Source: Clostridiales bacterium
GTDB lineage: Bacteria > Bacillota > Clostridia > Oscillospirales > CAG-272
Assembly: GCA_016288155.1 (NCBI GenBank)
Contig: JAEEYP010000105.1
Location: forward strand, 2,746-66,745
Reading direction: 5' to 3'
DNA length: 64,000 bases
A model generated the notes under the pieces. The model searched no databases. It was not told the DNA's origin and worked only from the letters and a program-made list of their open reading frames with translations. Below, piece by piece: positions 54,673 through 63,848 of this stretch; the stretch's first letter is position 1, and each line of letters opens with the position of its first letter. Position numbers and translations under genes: made by a program.

Positions 54673-54831
54673 ATGAAACCGTTAAAGGAAAAAATCAGCA
54701 TTACGATCGACGGCGATATCCTGGAAGCCGCGAAAGCGGCGGCCGAGGCGGACGACCGGTCTTTATCGCAGTTCATAAACATTGCGATCCGGACCTATCT
54801 GGCGGGTATCCGTCCCGAAAAGAAGTTCTGA
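54673..54831 (+). CDS. Ribbon-helix-helix (CopG/antitoxin-like) DNA-binding protein, 52 aa
   Basis: MKPLKEKISITIDGDILEAAKAAAEADDRSLSQFINIAIRTYL shows the beta-strand/helix/helix RHH pattern. The ORF extends to 54604, so the start is uncertain. Confidence 0.6.
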   Translation: MKPLKEKISITIDGDILEAAKAAAEADDRSLSQFINIAIRTYLAGIRPEKKF

Positions 54832-54916
54832 CGCTCCGGACGGACGAAAGCAGGACGCGGGATCCGTCAAAAGAAAACGGGGGCGTTTCGGGGGATGAGG
54901 GCGGCTCCATTGCATG

Positions 54917-54965
54917 AAAAGCGGGACACTTGCTTGATCGCAAGTGTCCCGCGTGCTCGTTTTTT
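54917..54965. terminator. Bidirectional rho-independent terminator
   Basis: gcgggacacttgc / gcaagtgtcccgc stem, with aaaa before and a T-run after. Confidence 0.8.
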
Positions 54966-54980
54966 CCGCCGATGCGGGGA

Positions 54981-56780
54981 TCATTCGCCGAAGATCGAGA
55001 GCGTCGGAAGCGCGCCCTCCTCCGTCTTCCAGATGCCGCCGAAGTCGAAGCCCTCGAAGGAGCACTCCGCGCCGTCTCTCAGATCGTAGCAGTAATACGT
55101 GCCGTACTTGACGTGGTTCTCGGCACAGAACGCCTCGAAATCTCCGTCCGGGAACGCCAGGGCGATCCATTGTGACAGGGCAGCGTACTCCCGCGGTTTG
55201 AGATCGGGATCGAGCTGCCAGAAGACCCCGCCATCGACGTCCTCAAGATAGAAATCCTGAACGTCGATGTCTCTTTCTTCGTATTCATTTCTGCTGTAGA
55301 AGACAATGAATCTTTCCGAACACCAGCCGAGGCGTGCGTCGCCGCTGATGTCCGGGATCTCTGCCGAACAGATCTCCGTAAACCGTTTCCGGCATTCTTT
55401 ATACCATTCCTCGTCCCCGACCTGTGCGGGCTTCGGAGCGTTCATCGTTTCTTTCCACGCCTTTCGGACGGCGTCCGTGATCCGCTCGGCGTCTTCCGCG
55501 TTCACGTATGCTTTGGTCGATGAGTACATAGGGTACAAACGCGCATAGATCTCGCAGAAGACGGAATCGGGAAGCACGTAGGGCACGTCGTTCTCACGGA
55601 TGAAGCTCACGCCCGCGTCCATCGCAGGATCGCAGGAGATCTCCCCGCTGAAGTACGAGGTCACGCACGCCGAGGAGAACCCGGCGACGCCGCCGACCCG
55701 CGTCACGCACACGACGTCTCCCATCACCGTCTCGCACACCGCGTCCGCCGAGCCGTCCACGGTGATGCGCGCGTCCGACGTGCAGGAGTCCGCGAGATAG
55801 GCGCCGCCCGCCGCGCCGCCGACGCCGAGTTCCGCGGACAGGCCCCTGCCGCAGGTGTCGACTGCAAGGCTGACCTTGATCTCCGCGTTTTTCACGTAAC
55901 AGCCGAGCAGGTAGTCCGCGTACCCGGCGATCGCGCCGACGTAGCCGTTCGTACTCATGCTCGCCTCGATCACCGCGTCCTCCAGGCCGAGGTTCTTGAT
56001 GACGCCGCCTTTGCCCCACAGCATCCGCTGGTATTCCGAGTTTTCGCTCAGGGATCCCAGCGCCACGAGCTCGCCCGCCTCGTTTCTGAGAGTGTCCGGG
56101 ATGCCGTCGCCGTTGAGGTCATACAGATCTTCAGGGTCAACGCCGTCGGGGATCGTCGGCACTGTGCCCGGCTCTTCAAGGAAGAAATTCTCAATTCTCA
56201 GAGAGAAGGCAGACTGACAGCGCCCGAAAAGCCCGACGTATTCCGTATCCTCCGCCCGGATCCTGAGCCCGCGCACGACGTATCCGTTGCCGTTGAACGA
56301 GCCGATAAACGGCTGCTTTCTCGTGCCGATCGGTACCCAGCCGCCCTCGAACGCGCCGCCCTCGGCAAAATCCGCTTCGGTGAACTCGATGTCGTTCATC
56401 AGGATATAGTTGAAGGCGATCTTGTCCCGTATCCGGTCGAGATCCTCCGCCGTATAGATGCCGATCCATCCCTCGGGCACCTCGTCGAGGCGTTTCAGGT
56501 TCTGCGCCGAAAGCGCGCCGACGTTGAGGAATTTCTTCACGAGCGGTGCGGCGACGGTACAGGCTCCGAGCAGCAAGAGGATCGCGGCGGCCGCCATGAC
56601 CACCTTCCACCGGATTTTTCTTCCCGTGGGAACCTTCTCTTCCCTTCCCGTCCCCGACAGGGTCGCCGAGACCCGCGCGTCGAGCGAGGGAGAACAGAGT
56701 TCGCCCGTGTCCTGCGCGGCGGGCTCGGCGTACCGCTTTGCCGCCGCTTCCAGTTCACGATCAAACGTTTTCATTTTCAT
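54981..56780 (-). CDS. Anti-sigma-factor-like single-pass membrane protein with a large extracellular domain carrying GLUG-like Gly-rich repeats
   Basis: Overlaps the sigma gene stop by 20 nt. Cytoplasmic N-terminus of ~60 aa, TM segment WKVVMAAAAILLLLGACTVAAPL, then YVGLFG / YVGAIAGY / VGGVAGF motifs. Confidence 0.65.
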   Translation of the reverse strand: MKMKTFDRELEAAAKRYAEPAAQDTGELCSPSLDARVSATLSGTGREEKVPTGRKIRWKVVMAAAAILLLLGACTVAAPLVKKFLNVGALSAQNLKRLDEVPEGWIGIYTAEDLDRIRDKIAFNYILMNDIEFTEADFAEGGAFEGGWVPIGTRKQPFIGSFNGNGYVVRGLRIRAEDTEYVGLFGRCQSAFSLRIENFFLEEPGTVPTIPDGVDPEDLYDLNGDGIPDTLRNEAGELVALGSLSENSEYQRMLWGKGGVIKNLGLEDAVIEASMSTNGYVGAIAGYADYLLGCYVKNAEIKVSLAVDTCGRGLSAELGVGGAAGGAYLADSCTSDARITVDGSADAVCETVMGDVVCVTRVGGVAGFSSACVTSYFSGEISCDPAMDAGVSFIRENDVPYVLPDSVFCEIYARLYPMYSSTKAYVNAEDAERITDAVRKAWKETMNAPKPAQVGDEEWYKECRKRFTEICSAEIPDISGDARLGWCSERFIVFYSRNEYEERDIDVQDFYLEDVDGGVFWQLDPDLKPREYAALSQWIALAFPDGDFEAFCAENHVKYGTYYCYDLRDGAECSFEGFDFGGIWKTEEGALPTLSIFGE

Positions 56781-57297
56781 CGCTCCAATCCTTTCTGTGT
56801 TCTTTCAGCCAGTTTTTTGCCCGAGACAGTCTGGTGCGCACCGTTCCTCTCTCAAGTCCGAGAAACGCCGCGATCTCCCCCGTACCGTACCCGAACCGCG
56901 CCTTAAGCAAAAGCACGTCCCGGTAGGACGGCGGCATGACGCGCACAAGCGCGAGCAGCCGATCCGCTCCGTCCCGTGCCGCGGCGATATCCTCCGGATC
57001 CATTTCCCGCAGCGGATCCTCCGGGAGCGTCTCGACGGGCAGGGGGCGTTTTTGATTTGCGCGGTACAGATCGATCGCGGTGTTTCTGACATATATAACC
57101 GCGAGCGCGACCGAATCGTTACATACGAGTCCGGAAAACTTGCGCTCGTTTTTCACGATGCGTTCCATCGCGTCCATCACGGCGTCTTCCGCGTCCGCGC
57201 GGTTCTGCAGGATGCGGAACGCTTCGCGGTACATGGCGTGCTTCGCCCGATCCCATACGAGCGCTGCCGGTCGTTTCTCTTCCGTCAAATCCATCAC
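56761..57297 (-). CDS. ECF-type RNA polymerase sigma-70 family factor
   Basis: Region 2 (AEDAVMDAMERIV...YVRNTAIDLYR) and region 4 HTH (YGTGEIAAFLGLERGTVRTRLSRAKNWL). ATG at 57294, GTG at 57297. Confidence 0.8.
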   Translation of the reverse strand: MMDLTEEKRPAALVWDRAKHAMYREAFRILQNRADAEDAVMDAMERIVKNERKFSGLVCNDSVALAVIYVRNTAIDLYRANQKRPLPVETLPEDPLREMDPEDIAAARDGADRLLALVRVMPPSYRDVLLLKARFGYGTGEIAAFLGLERGTVRTRLSRAKNWLKEHRKDWSDENENV

Positions 57298-57318
57298 CCC
57301 TTCCCCCTATATAACCTC

Positions 57319-57367
57319 TCAGAGCGGCAAAACGTTACATGTTCCGACAAATATTCCGAATATTCCG
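57319..57367 (-). promoter_or_regulatory. ECF-like promoter GGAAC-17-TCTGA, preceded by tandem CGGAATATT x2
   Basis: The reverse complement reads CGGAATATTCGGAATATTtgtcGGAACatgtaacgttttgccgcTCTGAgagg. Confidence 0.45.
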
Positions 57368-57405
57368 TTTTCCGGATGCGTATCCGCCGCGCGGCAAGCG
57401 GCGCG

Positions 57406-58227
57406 TCACCGATTGCCGCGGTATTCCGAGGGGGAACATCCCGTACGTTCCCTGAACAGCTTGTTGAAATTGCGCAGCGTCCCGCAGCCGACCGTATCCG
57501 CGATCTCCCCGATCCGCATGTCCGTCTCGGTCAACAGTTCCGCGGCATGCTTTACGCGGATGCCGCTTAAGAATTTCGTGAACGTATTGCACTCTTTGGG
57601 CAGTCCGCGCGAAATGAGGCGGCACAGGTATTCGTCGCTGAGCCCGAACCGTTTGGCGACGCCGTGCAGCGTCAGTTTGTCCGTGTGATTGTTGATGACG
57701 TACGTCAGGACCTGATTCAACAGAGGATTGTACGCGCCCCTGAGCGGTTGTCCGGCCGTCTCCGTGCCGGGCGGGAGCCGTTTGCACATTTCCGAGAGCA
57801 AAAGGAAGACCGGCATGTCGGTAAATATCTTCTCATTGTCGTACGTTACGGTATCCAGGTCCCGGATATTCTCTTTCAGATAGGCAAGAACCGGAGGCGA
57901 GAGCGTGAAGACCGCGTGCTCCAGCGGGATATTCTGTACGTGCAGCCTGCTGAACGCCAGATGGGAATGCTGCACGAAAACGACCGCCGCGTCGAGGGGC
58001 GCCGCGTTCTCGTATTTGTGCGGCACCATCATCGGGACGAATACGCACTGCCCCGCCGTAATCTGCCTCGTCTGACTCCCCAGATGACAAACGGCGTCCC
58101 CTTCCCACAATACGATGAACTCGCAGTAGTCGTGGATGTGGAGATCGCAGTGCAGCGAAACGCACGGCCGGATCCTCATATACTTTTCATATTCCGGCTG
58201 TGTGGAAATGAACTCGACCATTTTCAT
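57406..58227 (-). CDS. AraC family transcriptional regulator (cupin sensor + HTH)
   Basis: C-terminal ...LHGVAKRFGLSDEYLCRLI... and IGEIADTVGCGTLRNFNKLFRERTGCSPSEYR. Confidence 0.85.
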   Translation of the reverse strand: MKMVEFISTQPEYEKYMRIRPCVSLHCDLHIHDYCEFIVLWEGDAVCHLGSQTRQITAGQCVFVPMMVPHKYENAAPLDAAVVFVQHSHLAFSRLHVQNIPLEHAVFTLSPPVLAYLKENIRDLDTVTYDNEKIFTDMPVFLLLSEMCKRLPPGTETAGQPLRGAYNPLLNQVLTYVINNHTDKLTLHGVAKRFGLSDEYLCRLISRGLPKECNTFTKFLSGIRVKHAAELLTETDMRIGEIADTVGCGTLRNFNKLFRERTGCSPSEYRGNR

Positions 58228-58280
58228 GCAGGCGCCCTCCGAAAGATCAATTTTGTTCCTGTTTAAGACAAAATCCGTAC

Positions 58281-58320
58281 TTGTTATTATACTATAAACG
58301 TGTTACAATAAGTACAATAA
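58281..58320 (+). promoter_or_regulatory. Promoter TTGTTA-17-TACAAT, with TACAATAA repeated 9 bp downstream
   Basis: acTTGTTAttatactataaacgtgtTACAATAAgTACAATAAatt. Confidence 0.5.
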
Positions 58321-58375
58321 ATTGTTAAAACTGTATCGCCTGCCATACGCATCCGCACCGGATCGGAGGACGACC

Positions 58376-60181
58376 ATGAAGAACGTGTCTTTCTGGAACC
58401 GCGCCGTACGTTTTGACGACGGTCCTTTCCCTGCCCGCATGGAGATCGGCGGGCGGGATATCCTCACTTCCCCCATGCGGTTGCTCGTCGTCCGCGAGGG
58501 CAGCGCCCTGCCGTGGGCGACCGATCTCCCGATCCCGCAGAGCACGACGGACCGCGGCGAAACGTACGTGCTCCCGGCGGAGGTCCCGGACGCCAAACTG
58601 ATCTGCGATACGGCGGTACGGATCGAGAACGACGGATTTTTCTGGTTCGACGTGACCTTGATCCCGCGTACAGGTCAGTATCCGCAATTCGATTCGGTCT
58701 GCCTGGAGATCCCGCTGTGCTCGGATATCTGCGACCTCATGCACGTCTTCGCGCTGGAGACCGAGATCCCGATCCCCTGCCCCGTGAGCGGTCCCTTCCC
58801 CGCGGAAAGCGTCTCGCTTCCGTTCGTTCCCTCGCTCTGGATCGGCACGGAAGAGCGCGGGTTCTCTCTCATGATGGAAAGCCCCGCCGGATGCTGGCTG
58901 CGCGATCCGCATACGATGATCGAGTGTATCCCGGAGGGAGAAACGATGCGGCTCCGGCTGCACCTGCTCGATGAGAAGCCGCCGTTCTGGTGTCCGCCGG
59001 ACGACTGGGGAAACGCTCACGAGCCCGTCACGTTTTCTTTCGGCTTCATCCTGACGCCGGTCAAGCCGTACGCGAAAGTAAAAGGCTTCGATCGGGCGGT
59101 ACACGTATACCTTTCCAACTTTTCGATGGAAACCATAGAAGAGTATTATAAGCTCGGGGCAAAGTATCTGGTGTTCCACGAATGCTGGTCGCTCATACAG
59201 AATTACAACTGCTGCTGTGATCCCGACAAGCTGCGCGCCGTCGTGGACTACTGTCACAGCCACGGCATGAAGGTGCTCGTCTATTTCGGATACGAGTTCT
59301 CCTCTCTGATGCCGGATTTTGCCAAAGTATTCAGGGAGTACGTCAATCAGTTCGCGCACGAAGAGGAACATTTCCGGGGGCACTGGCTGCGTTCGCCGGC
59401 GCAGAAGGACTACGTCTGCTGCTACAAAAGCGGGTATTCCCGCGTCATGCTGGAGCAGGTGGAGAACGCGATGGATACGTACTGTCTGGACGGGATCTAT
59501 ACGGACGGCACCGTGATCCCGCAGTGCTGCGCCAACGTCCGTCACGGATGCGGCTGGCGCGACGAGTCCGGGAAGCTCCGCGCATCGTACCCGCTCCTCG
59601 CCTATCGGGAGCACGCGAGAAAGCTGAACGATATCGTCAAAGCGAGAGGCGGGATGTGGGACGCGCATAATGGCGGCTGCTGCATCCCGGCGATCCTCGG
59701 CTTCGCCGATTCCTACTGGGACGGAGAGGCGCAGCAGGCCGTGTTCCACGACGATACGGCCGCCGTTTCCTTTGAGAATATCCGGGCGCAGTATACGGGG
59801 AAAAACTGGGGCGTTCCGTCGCAGTTCATCGCCTACGGCGACGAAAACGCGACGTTTATGAATATCAGCGCTTTCCTTCTGGTGTGCGGAGTCCCCACCC
59901 GTCCGATCGGGCTTGACGCATTGCGGGAGATCGCTCCGGTCTGGAAACGGATGGACGAGTTCGATACGGATCACGCCGTTTTTTACCCGCCGTGGGACCC
60001 GCAGGGGAAGATCCGTACCGACCGCGCGGACGTGTACGCGGGATGCTGGATCAAAGAAGGCCGCGCGCTGGCGGTGCTGTTCAACAAGAGCCGCGAGCAG
60101 GTGACCGTCGCCGTCACCTGCATGGGGCAGACCATGACCGCAAAAGCGGCGCCCCGATCCCCCGTTTTGCTTTCGTTCTGA
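58376..60181 (+). CDS. Hypothetical 601-aa protein, putative glycoside hydrolase (beta-sandwich + TIM barrel, GH123/DUF4091-like by layout only)
   Basis: GGAGG 6 nt upstream of MKNVSFWNR. Cys- and aromatic-rich barrel region. Sits between AraC and an SBP. The family assignment is tentative. Confidence 0.7.
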   Translation: MKNVSFWNRAVRFDDGPFPARMEIGGRDILTSPMRLLVVREGSALPWATDLPIPQSTTDRGETYVLPAEVPDAKLICDTAVRIENDGFFWFDVTLIPRTGQYPQFDSVCLEIPLCSDICDLMHVFALETEIPIPCPVSGPFPAESVSLPFVPSLWIGTEERGFSLMMESPAGCWLRDPHTMIECIPEGETMRLRLHLLDEKPPFWCPPDDWGNAHEPVTFSFGFILTPVKPYAKVKGFDRAVHVYLSNFSMETIEEYYKLGAKYLVFHECWSLIQNYNCCCDPDKLRAVVDYCHSHGMKVLVYFGYEFSSLMPDFAKVFREYVNQFAHEEEHFRGHWLRSPAQKDYVCCYKSGYSRVMLEQVENAMDTYCLDGIYTDGTVIPQCCANVRHGCGWRDESGKLRASYPLLAYREHARKLNDIVKARGGMWDAHNGGCCIPAILGFADSYWDGEAQQAVFHDDTAAVSFENIRAQYTGKNWGVPSQFIAYGDENATFMNISAFLLVCGVPTRPIGLDALREIAPVWKRMDEFDTDHAVFYPPWDPQGKIRTDRADVYAGCWIKEGRALAVLFNKSREQVTVAVTCMGQTMTAKAAPRSPVLLSF

Positions 60182-60207
60182 ATTATTATAAAAAAGGAGA
60201 ATCAACC

Positions 60208-61731
60208 ATGAAAACGACACTGTGCAAGCGCCTCATCGCCGCTCTCGCGGTCTTCGCGCTCTGCGCCGGCATGCTCGCGGGATGCGGCGGCGGCGAAGCG
60301 CGCGATACGGAAACGGCGCCGGCCGTCCCGACGGATCAGGTGACCGCCGCCCCCGAGCCGGATGAACCCGCCATCACCTTCATAGACAGGATCCGCCTCG
60401 CCAACGCAGCGGTGGAGGACGATCTGCCGGAATACGACGGAAACGGGCAGACGTTCATCATCGGCGGCATGGGAAGCTACAATTCCAAATATATCGACGA
60501 TGAAGGCATTAACGGGGAACCGATCAACGACGCCCGATACAATCAGATCCTGGACGTGGAGAGCCGTCTCGGACTGAATATCGAACTCCAGACCTACCCG
60601 GATCCGGATTACAGCATTTCCCTGCAGGCCTTCCGGCAGCTGGTATTCGCAAACGATTCTTCCGCAATGCACCTGTTCCAGACGTGGAACACCTCCGCGG
60701 CGGAGCTGGTGGCGGACGGCTGCTTTTACGAGCTCTCGGAACTGAATAATCTGGATATCACAAAGCCGTGGTACTTCAAGGAAGAGATCGCCGAGTACGG
60801 GTACAAAGGAAACTATTGGCTTGCCACGGGATTTATCCTGCCGGACACGGTGATCGGATCCATGAGCTGCGTTTTCTTCAACAAGGATCTCGCGTCTGAC
60901 AAAGGACTGGACAATTTCTACTCCGTCGTCCGGGACGGGAAATGGACCATCGATTATTTTTACAATGCGATGTCGAGCGCTTATCAGGATCTGGACGGTG
61001 ACGGCAAGTACTCGGAGGGAGACGTTTACGGCGCCTATTTCCCGATTTACTCGCCTTCCCAATGGATCCTGACGTGCCTTGAGCTGCCTCAGATGTATCT
61101 GGAGAACGGCGAGCCGAAGGTGACTGTATTCGAGAAGACCGAGCAGGCGGAGATCATCTGGAACAAGCTGCGGAAGATTTACCGGGATCCTTCCCAGATA
61201 CAGAAAAACTGGGATGATTCAGGCACCATCGATCCCAATCCGTGGCGTAACGGAAGAGCGCTGTTCAGCATCGGCACGCTGGCCGGTACGTCGTCGTTCC
61301 GGGATTCCGATTATCACATCGGCGTGCTGCCGGTCTTCAAGGCGGACGAATCGCAGCAGGAATACCACGCCAGTTATCTGCCGAGCCCGTTTGCGATCCC
61401 GGTTTTCGTGCAGGACGCGGAACAGTCCGCGCTCGTGATGAGCGCGATGGCCGTGGAAGGCTATAAGGACGCCGTTCCGGTCGTTTACGAACAGGTGATC
61501 AAACATAAGAACGCCGACGACTACGAATCCGGCGAAATGATCGATCTGATGCTGAACAGCGTCCGCGGCGACACCATGTTCTCCTACGGCAACAGCAGAT
61601 ACATATACAATCTGATGTGGTTCTGCGTCAATGAAAGAGCGGAATTCGCCTCGTACTGGGCGGAAAAGAGGGATGAAGTGCTCTCCGACATGGACGGTCT
61701 GATCGCCAAGTACAAGGATCTTCTCCCGTGA
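60208..61731 (+). CDS. Extracellular solute-binding lipoprotein, paralog 5 of 5
   Basis: AAGGAGA RBS. MKTTLCKRLIAALAVFALCAGMLAGC lipobox. KPWY, DLDGDGKYS and GVLPVFK motifs. Confidence 0.7.
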   Translation: MKTTLCKRLIAALAVFALCAGMLAGCGGGEARDTETAPAVPTDQVTAAPEPDEPAITFIDRIRLANAAVEDDLPEYDGNGQTFIIGGMGSYNSKYIDDEGINGEPINDARYNQILDVESRLGLNIELQTYPDPDYSISLQAFRQLVFANDSSAMHLFQTWNTSAAELVADGCFYELSELNNLDITKPWYFKEEIAEYGYKGNYWLATGFILPDTVIGSMSCVFFNKDLASDKGLDNFYSVVRDGKWTIDYFYNAMSSAYQDLDGDGKYSEGDVYGAYFPIYSPSQWILTCLELPQMYLENGEPKVTVFEKTEQAEIIWNKLRKIYRDPSQIQKNWDDSGTIDPNPWRNGRALFSIGTLAGTSSFRDSDYHIGVLPVFKADESQQEYHASYLPSPFAIPVFVQDAEQSALVMSAMAVEGYKDAVPVVYEQVIKHKNADDYESGEMIDLMLNSVRGDTMFSYGNSRYIYNLMWFCVNERAEFASYWAEKRDEVLSDMDGLIAKYKDLLP

Positions 61732-61782
61732 CGGTATCCGACGAACGCGGCGCACCGTGCAGAGCGCGGACCGAATAAAACG

Positions 61783-61816
61783 AAAGTCCCGGAAACGACG
61801 TTTCCGGGACTTTTTT
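61783..61816. terminator. Rho-independent terminator between convergent genes
   Basis: gtcccggaaa / tttccgggac stem, then TTTTTT. Confidence 0.85.
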
Positions 61817-61861
61817 GAATGCGGGGCACCGCTTTCACTAAGCGGACGGCGGGGCTTTCGT

Positions 61862-63664
61862 TCAGCCCTGCTTCCAGCGTTCAATGACGCAGGTCGCTCT
61901 TCCGCCTTCTTCGTTCACGATCTCATAATCGCCGAACGAAGCGGGAACGACGAGCGTCTGGAATTTATCGCATTCCGCTTTATACTCGGGATTCTTCTTG
62001 GACACGAGGGTGACCTTCGATCCCACCGTGAGCGTTACCATATGCATGAACTTGCCCTCGGTGGAGTATTCGCCCTTCTTCTCGAAATGGATCCGTTCGA
62101 TGTGATACGGCATCACCGAATAGCTCTTGTATCGGTCGATGTAGTATTCGGGCGTCCACTTCACTACCTCGGGCGTCGAGAGCAGGTGATCCTTCACCCA
62201 CGATTCACGGCGGGTCTTTTCCATGTTCCTGCCGTGCTCCAGATGCATCTTGAGCGGCTTGCCCGTCATCGACTTCTTCTCGTCGTCCCAGGAGTGGCGC
62301 GCAAAGTCATATTCGAAGAAAGAGTACTCCGTGCCGTTGATGCTCGGGTTCGTATCCATTTCGAGGACCATCTGGTTTCCGCCGTGTCCGTGCATCGTTC
62401 CCGGCGGGATGAGATACAAGTCGCCTTCCTTGCTCTTCCAGTTCGAGATGAAGTCTTTCCAGTTCTCGATCGGCGTGACGTTCTGCGATTTCTCGCAGAG
62501 CCGTTCCCACTCTTCGGTGTCGGCGTCGTCCTTGAAGCCCATCCACGTATTCGCGCCTTCGTATGCCTCAGCGATGTAATACGTTTCGTAACGGCCGAGC
62601 GGCTCGTTGAAGTGGTCCTCCACGTACTTGCTCGACGGATGGATGTGCATGGGCATGGAGATCCGCTCCGCCGGCTGCGGCGTCGGATGCCAGCCGTCGT
62701 CCAGCCAGATATCGAGCGGGAACAGCCCCGGATACTGCCGGTCGATCAATTCGCCGACGAGTTCCCGGCCGTACTGCATCGCGTTCAGCATCGGCATGGA
62801 GATGCTTCTTTCCCCGCCGAAGTCGATCAGGATGCGGAGCTCCGGTCCGGCGATCTTGTTCCAGGCGTTGTTGGATAAGCCTTCCACGCCGTAGTCCATC
62901 TGCAGAAAGCGGTACGCGCCCCAGGGACCGGGGCTGAAGATCTTCACTTCGTGGATCGGATACTTCACAAGCGTGCGCATGATCTCGTCGTACGCTTTCT
63001 TCGGGACGAGCACCAGATCGCCCTCGAAGAAGTTCTCGACGTAGTAGTCCATGGCGCCGTACATAAAATCTTTCTGCCGCTTCAGCATGTAATAGTCGGA
63101 ATAATGGTATTCCTTCCAGTTATAGTTTTCCGTCGGTTTTTTGCTGCCGAAGCTCGCCAGCTTGCCCGTCCACATATCCCACTGCACCTTCTGGTGCGTG
63201 TTGTCGACGTAGCATTTCACTTTGTAATACTTTTCCAGTTCTTTTATGCACGCCGCGACGCCGTAAACGATCACCGTCTCGCCCGAGGCGAGGACCTTTT
63301 TGAATTCCTCCACCCGTGCGGCGTCAATGATATCTTCGAGGACGCCTTTGTCGTTGACCCAGCCGAAGCCCGGATCGTCGGTGATGTACCGCGCGTTGTA
63401 CGCGAGGATCGCTTCTCTCGAAACGAAAAGATCCGTCGCGGACAGAAGAGTGACTTTTCCCCCGATCCTGTCCTTCAGGGCAAGAGCGATCCTTTCATAG
63501 TCGATCCCGTACCAGCCGTCGATCGCGACGGTCTTCGCGCCGGCTTTCACCTTGTCCGCAAGGGTCCCGATCACCTTGTCCCAACCGAAGATCACCGAGT
63601 TTTTATTCTCCTCGGAGATCTTGATCCTGTTGTCCGCGTGTTTGGTCGATTCATAAACAGGCAT
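61862..63664 (-). CDS. Long-form class I mannose-6-phosphate-isomerase-like cupin protein
   Basis: ATG at 63664 (MPVYES) 8 nt after AAAGGAG. MPMHIHPS and IPPGTMHGHGGNQMVLEM resemble PMI zinc/cupin motifs. Confidence 0.6.
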   Translation of the reverse strand: MPVYESTKHADNRIKISEENKNSVIFGWDKVIGTLADKVKAGAKTVAIDGWYGIDYERIALALKDRIGGKVTLLSATDLFVSREAILAYNARYITDDPGFGWVNDKGVLEDIIDAARVEEFKKVLASGETVIVYGVAACIKELEKYYKVKCYVDNTHQKVQWDMWTGKLASFGSKKPTENYNWKEYHYSDYYMLKRQKDFMYGAMDYYVENFFEGDLVLVPKKAYDEIMRTLVKYPIHEVKIFSPGPWGAYRFLQMDYGVEGLSNNAWNKIAGPELRILIDFGGERSISMPMLNAMQYGRELVGELIDRQYPGLFPLDIWLDDGWHPTPQPAERISMPMHIHPSSKYVEDHFNEPLGRYETYYIAEAYEGANTWMGFKDDADTEEWERLCEKSQNVTPIENWKDFISNWKSKEGDLYLIPPGTMHGHGGNQMVLEMDTNPSINGTEYSFFEYDFARHSWDDEKKSMTGKPLKMHLEHGRNMEKTRRESWVKDHLLSTPEVVKWTPEYYIDRYKSYSVMPYHIERIHFEKKGEYSTEGKFMHMVTLTVGSKVTLVSKKNPEYKAECDKFQTLVVPASFGDYEIVNEEGGRATCVIERWKQG

Positions 63665-63848
63665 GATTTCCACTCCTTTTAATGTGAGACCGCAGCGGGG
63701 CGGTCCCGTATGTCCCGGTACGGGCCGGATCGCGCCGACACCGCAGGCAAGGCCGGGAACATCCCGAACCTCACCTAATTATACCACGCAGGGAGCATCT
63801 TGTAAAGTGCAAATCCGAAATCCGCCGGGACTCTTCCGGCGCGAGCCG

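Noticed and set aside
54832-54980. Search for a toxin partner of the RHH (antitoxin-like) gene.
   Set aside because: Only a terminator hairpin lies here, with no ORF of toxin size on either strand, so I did not call a TA module.
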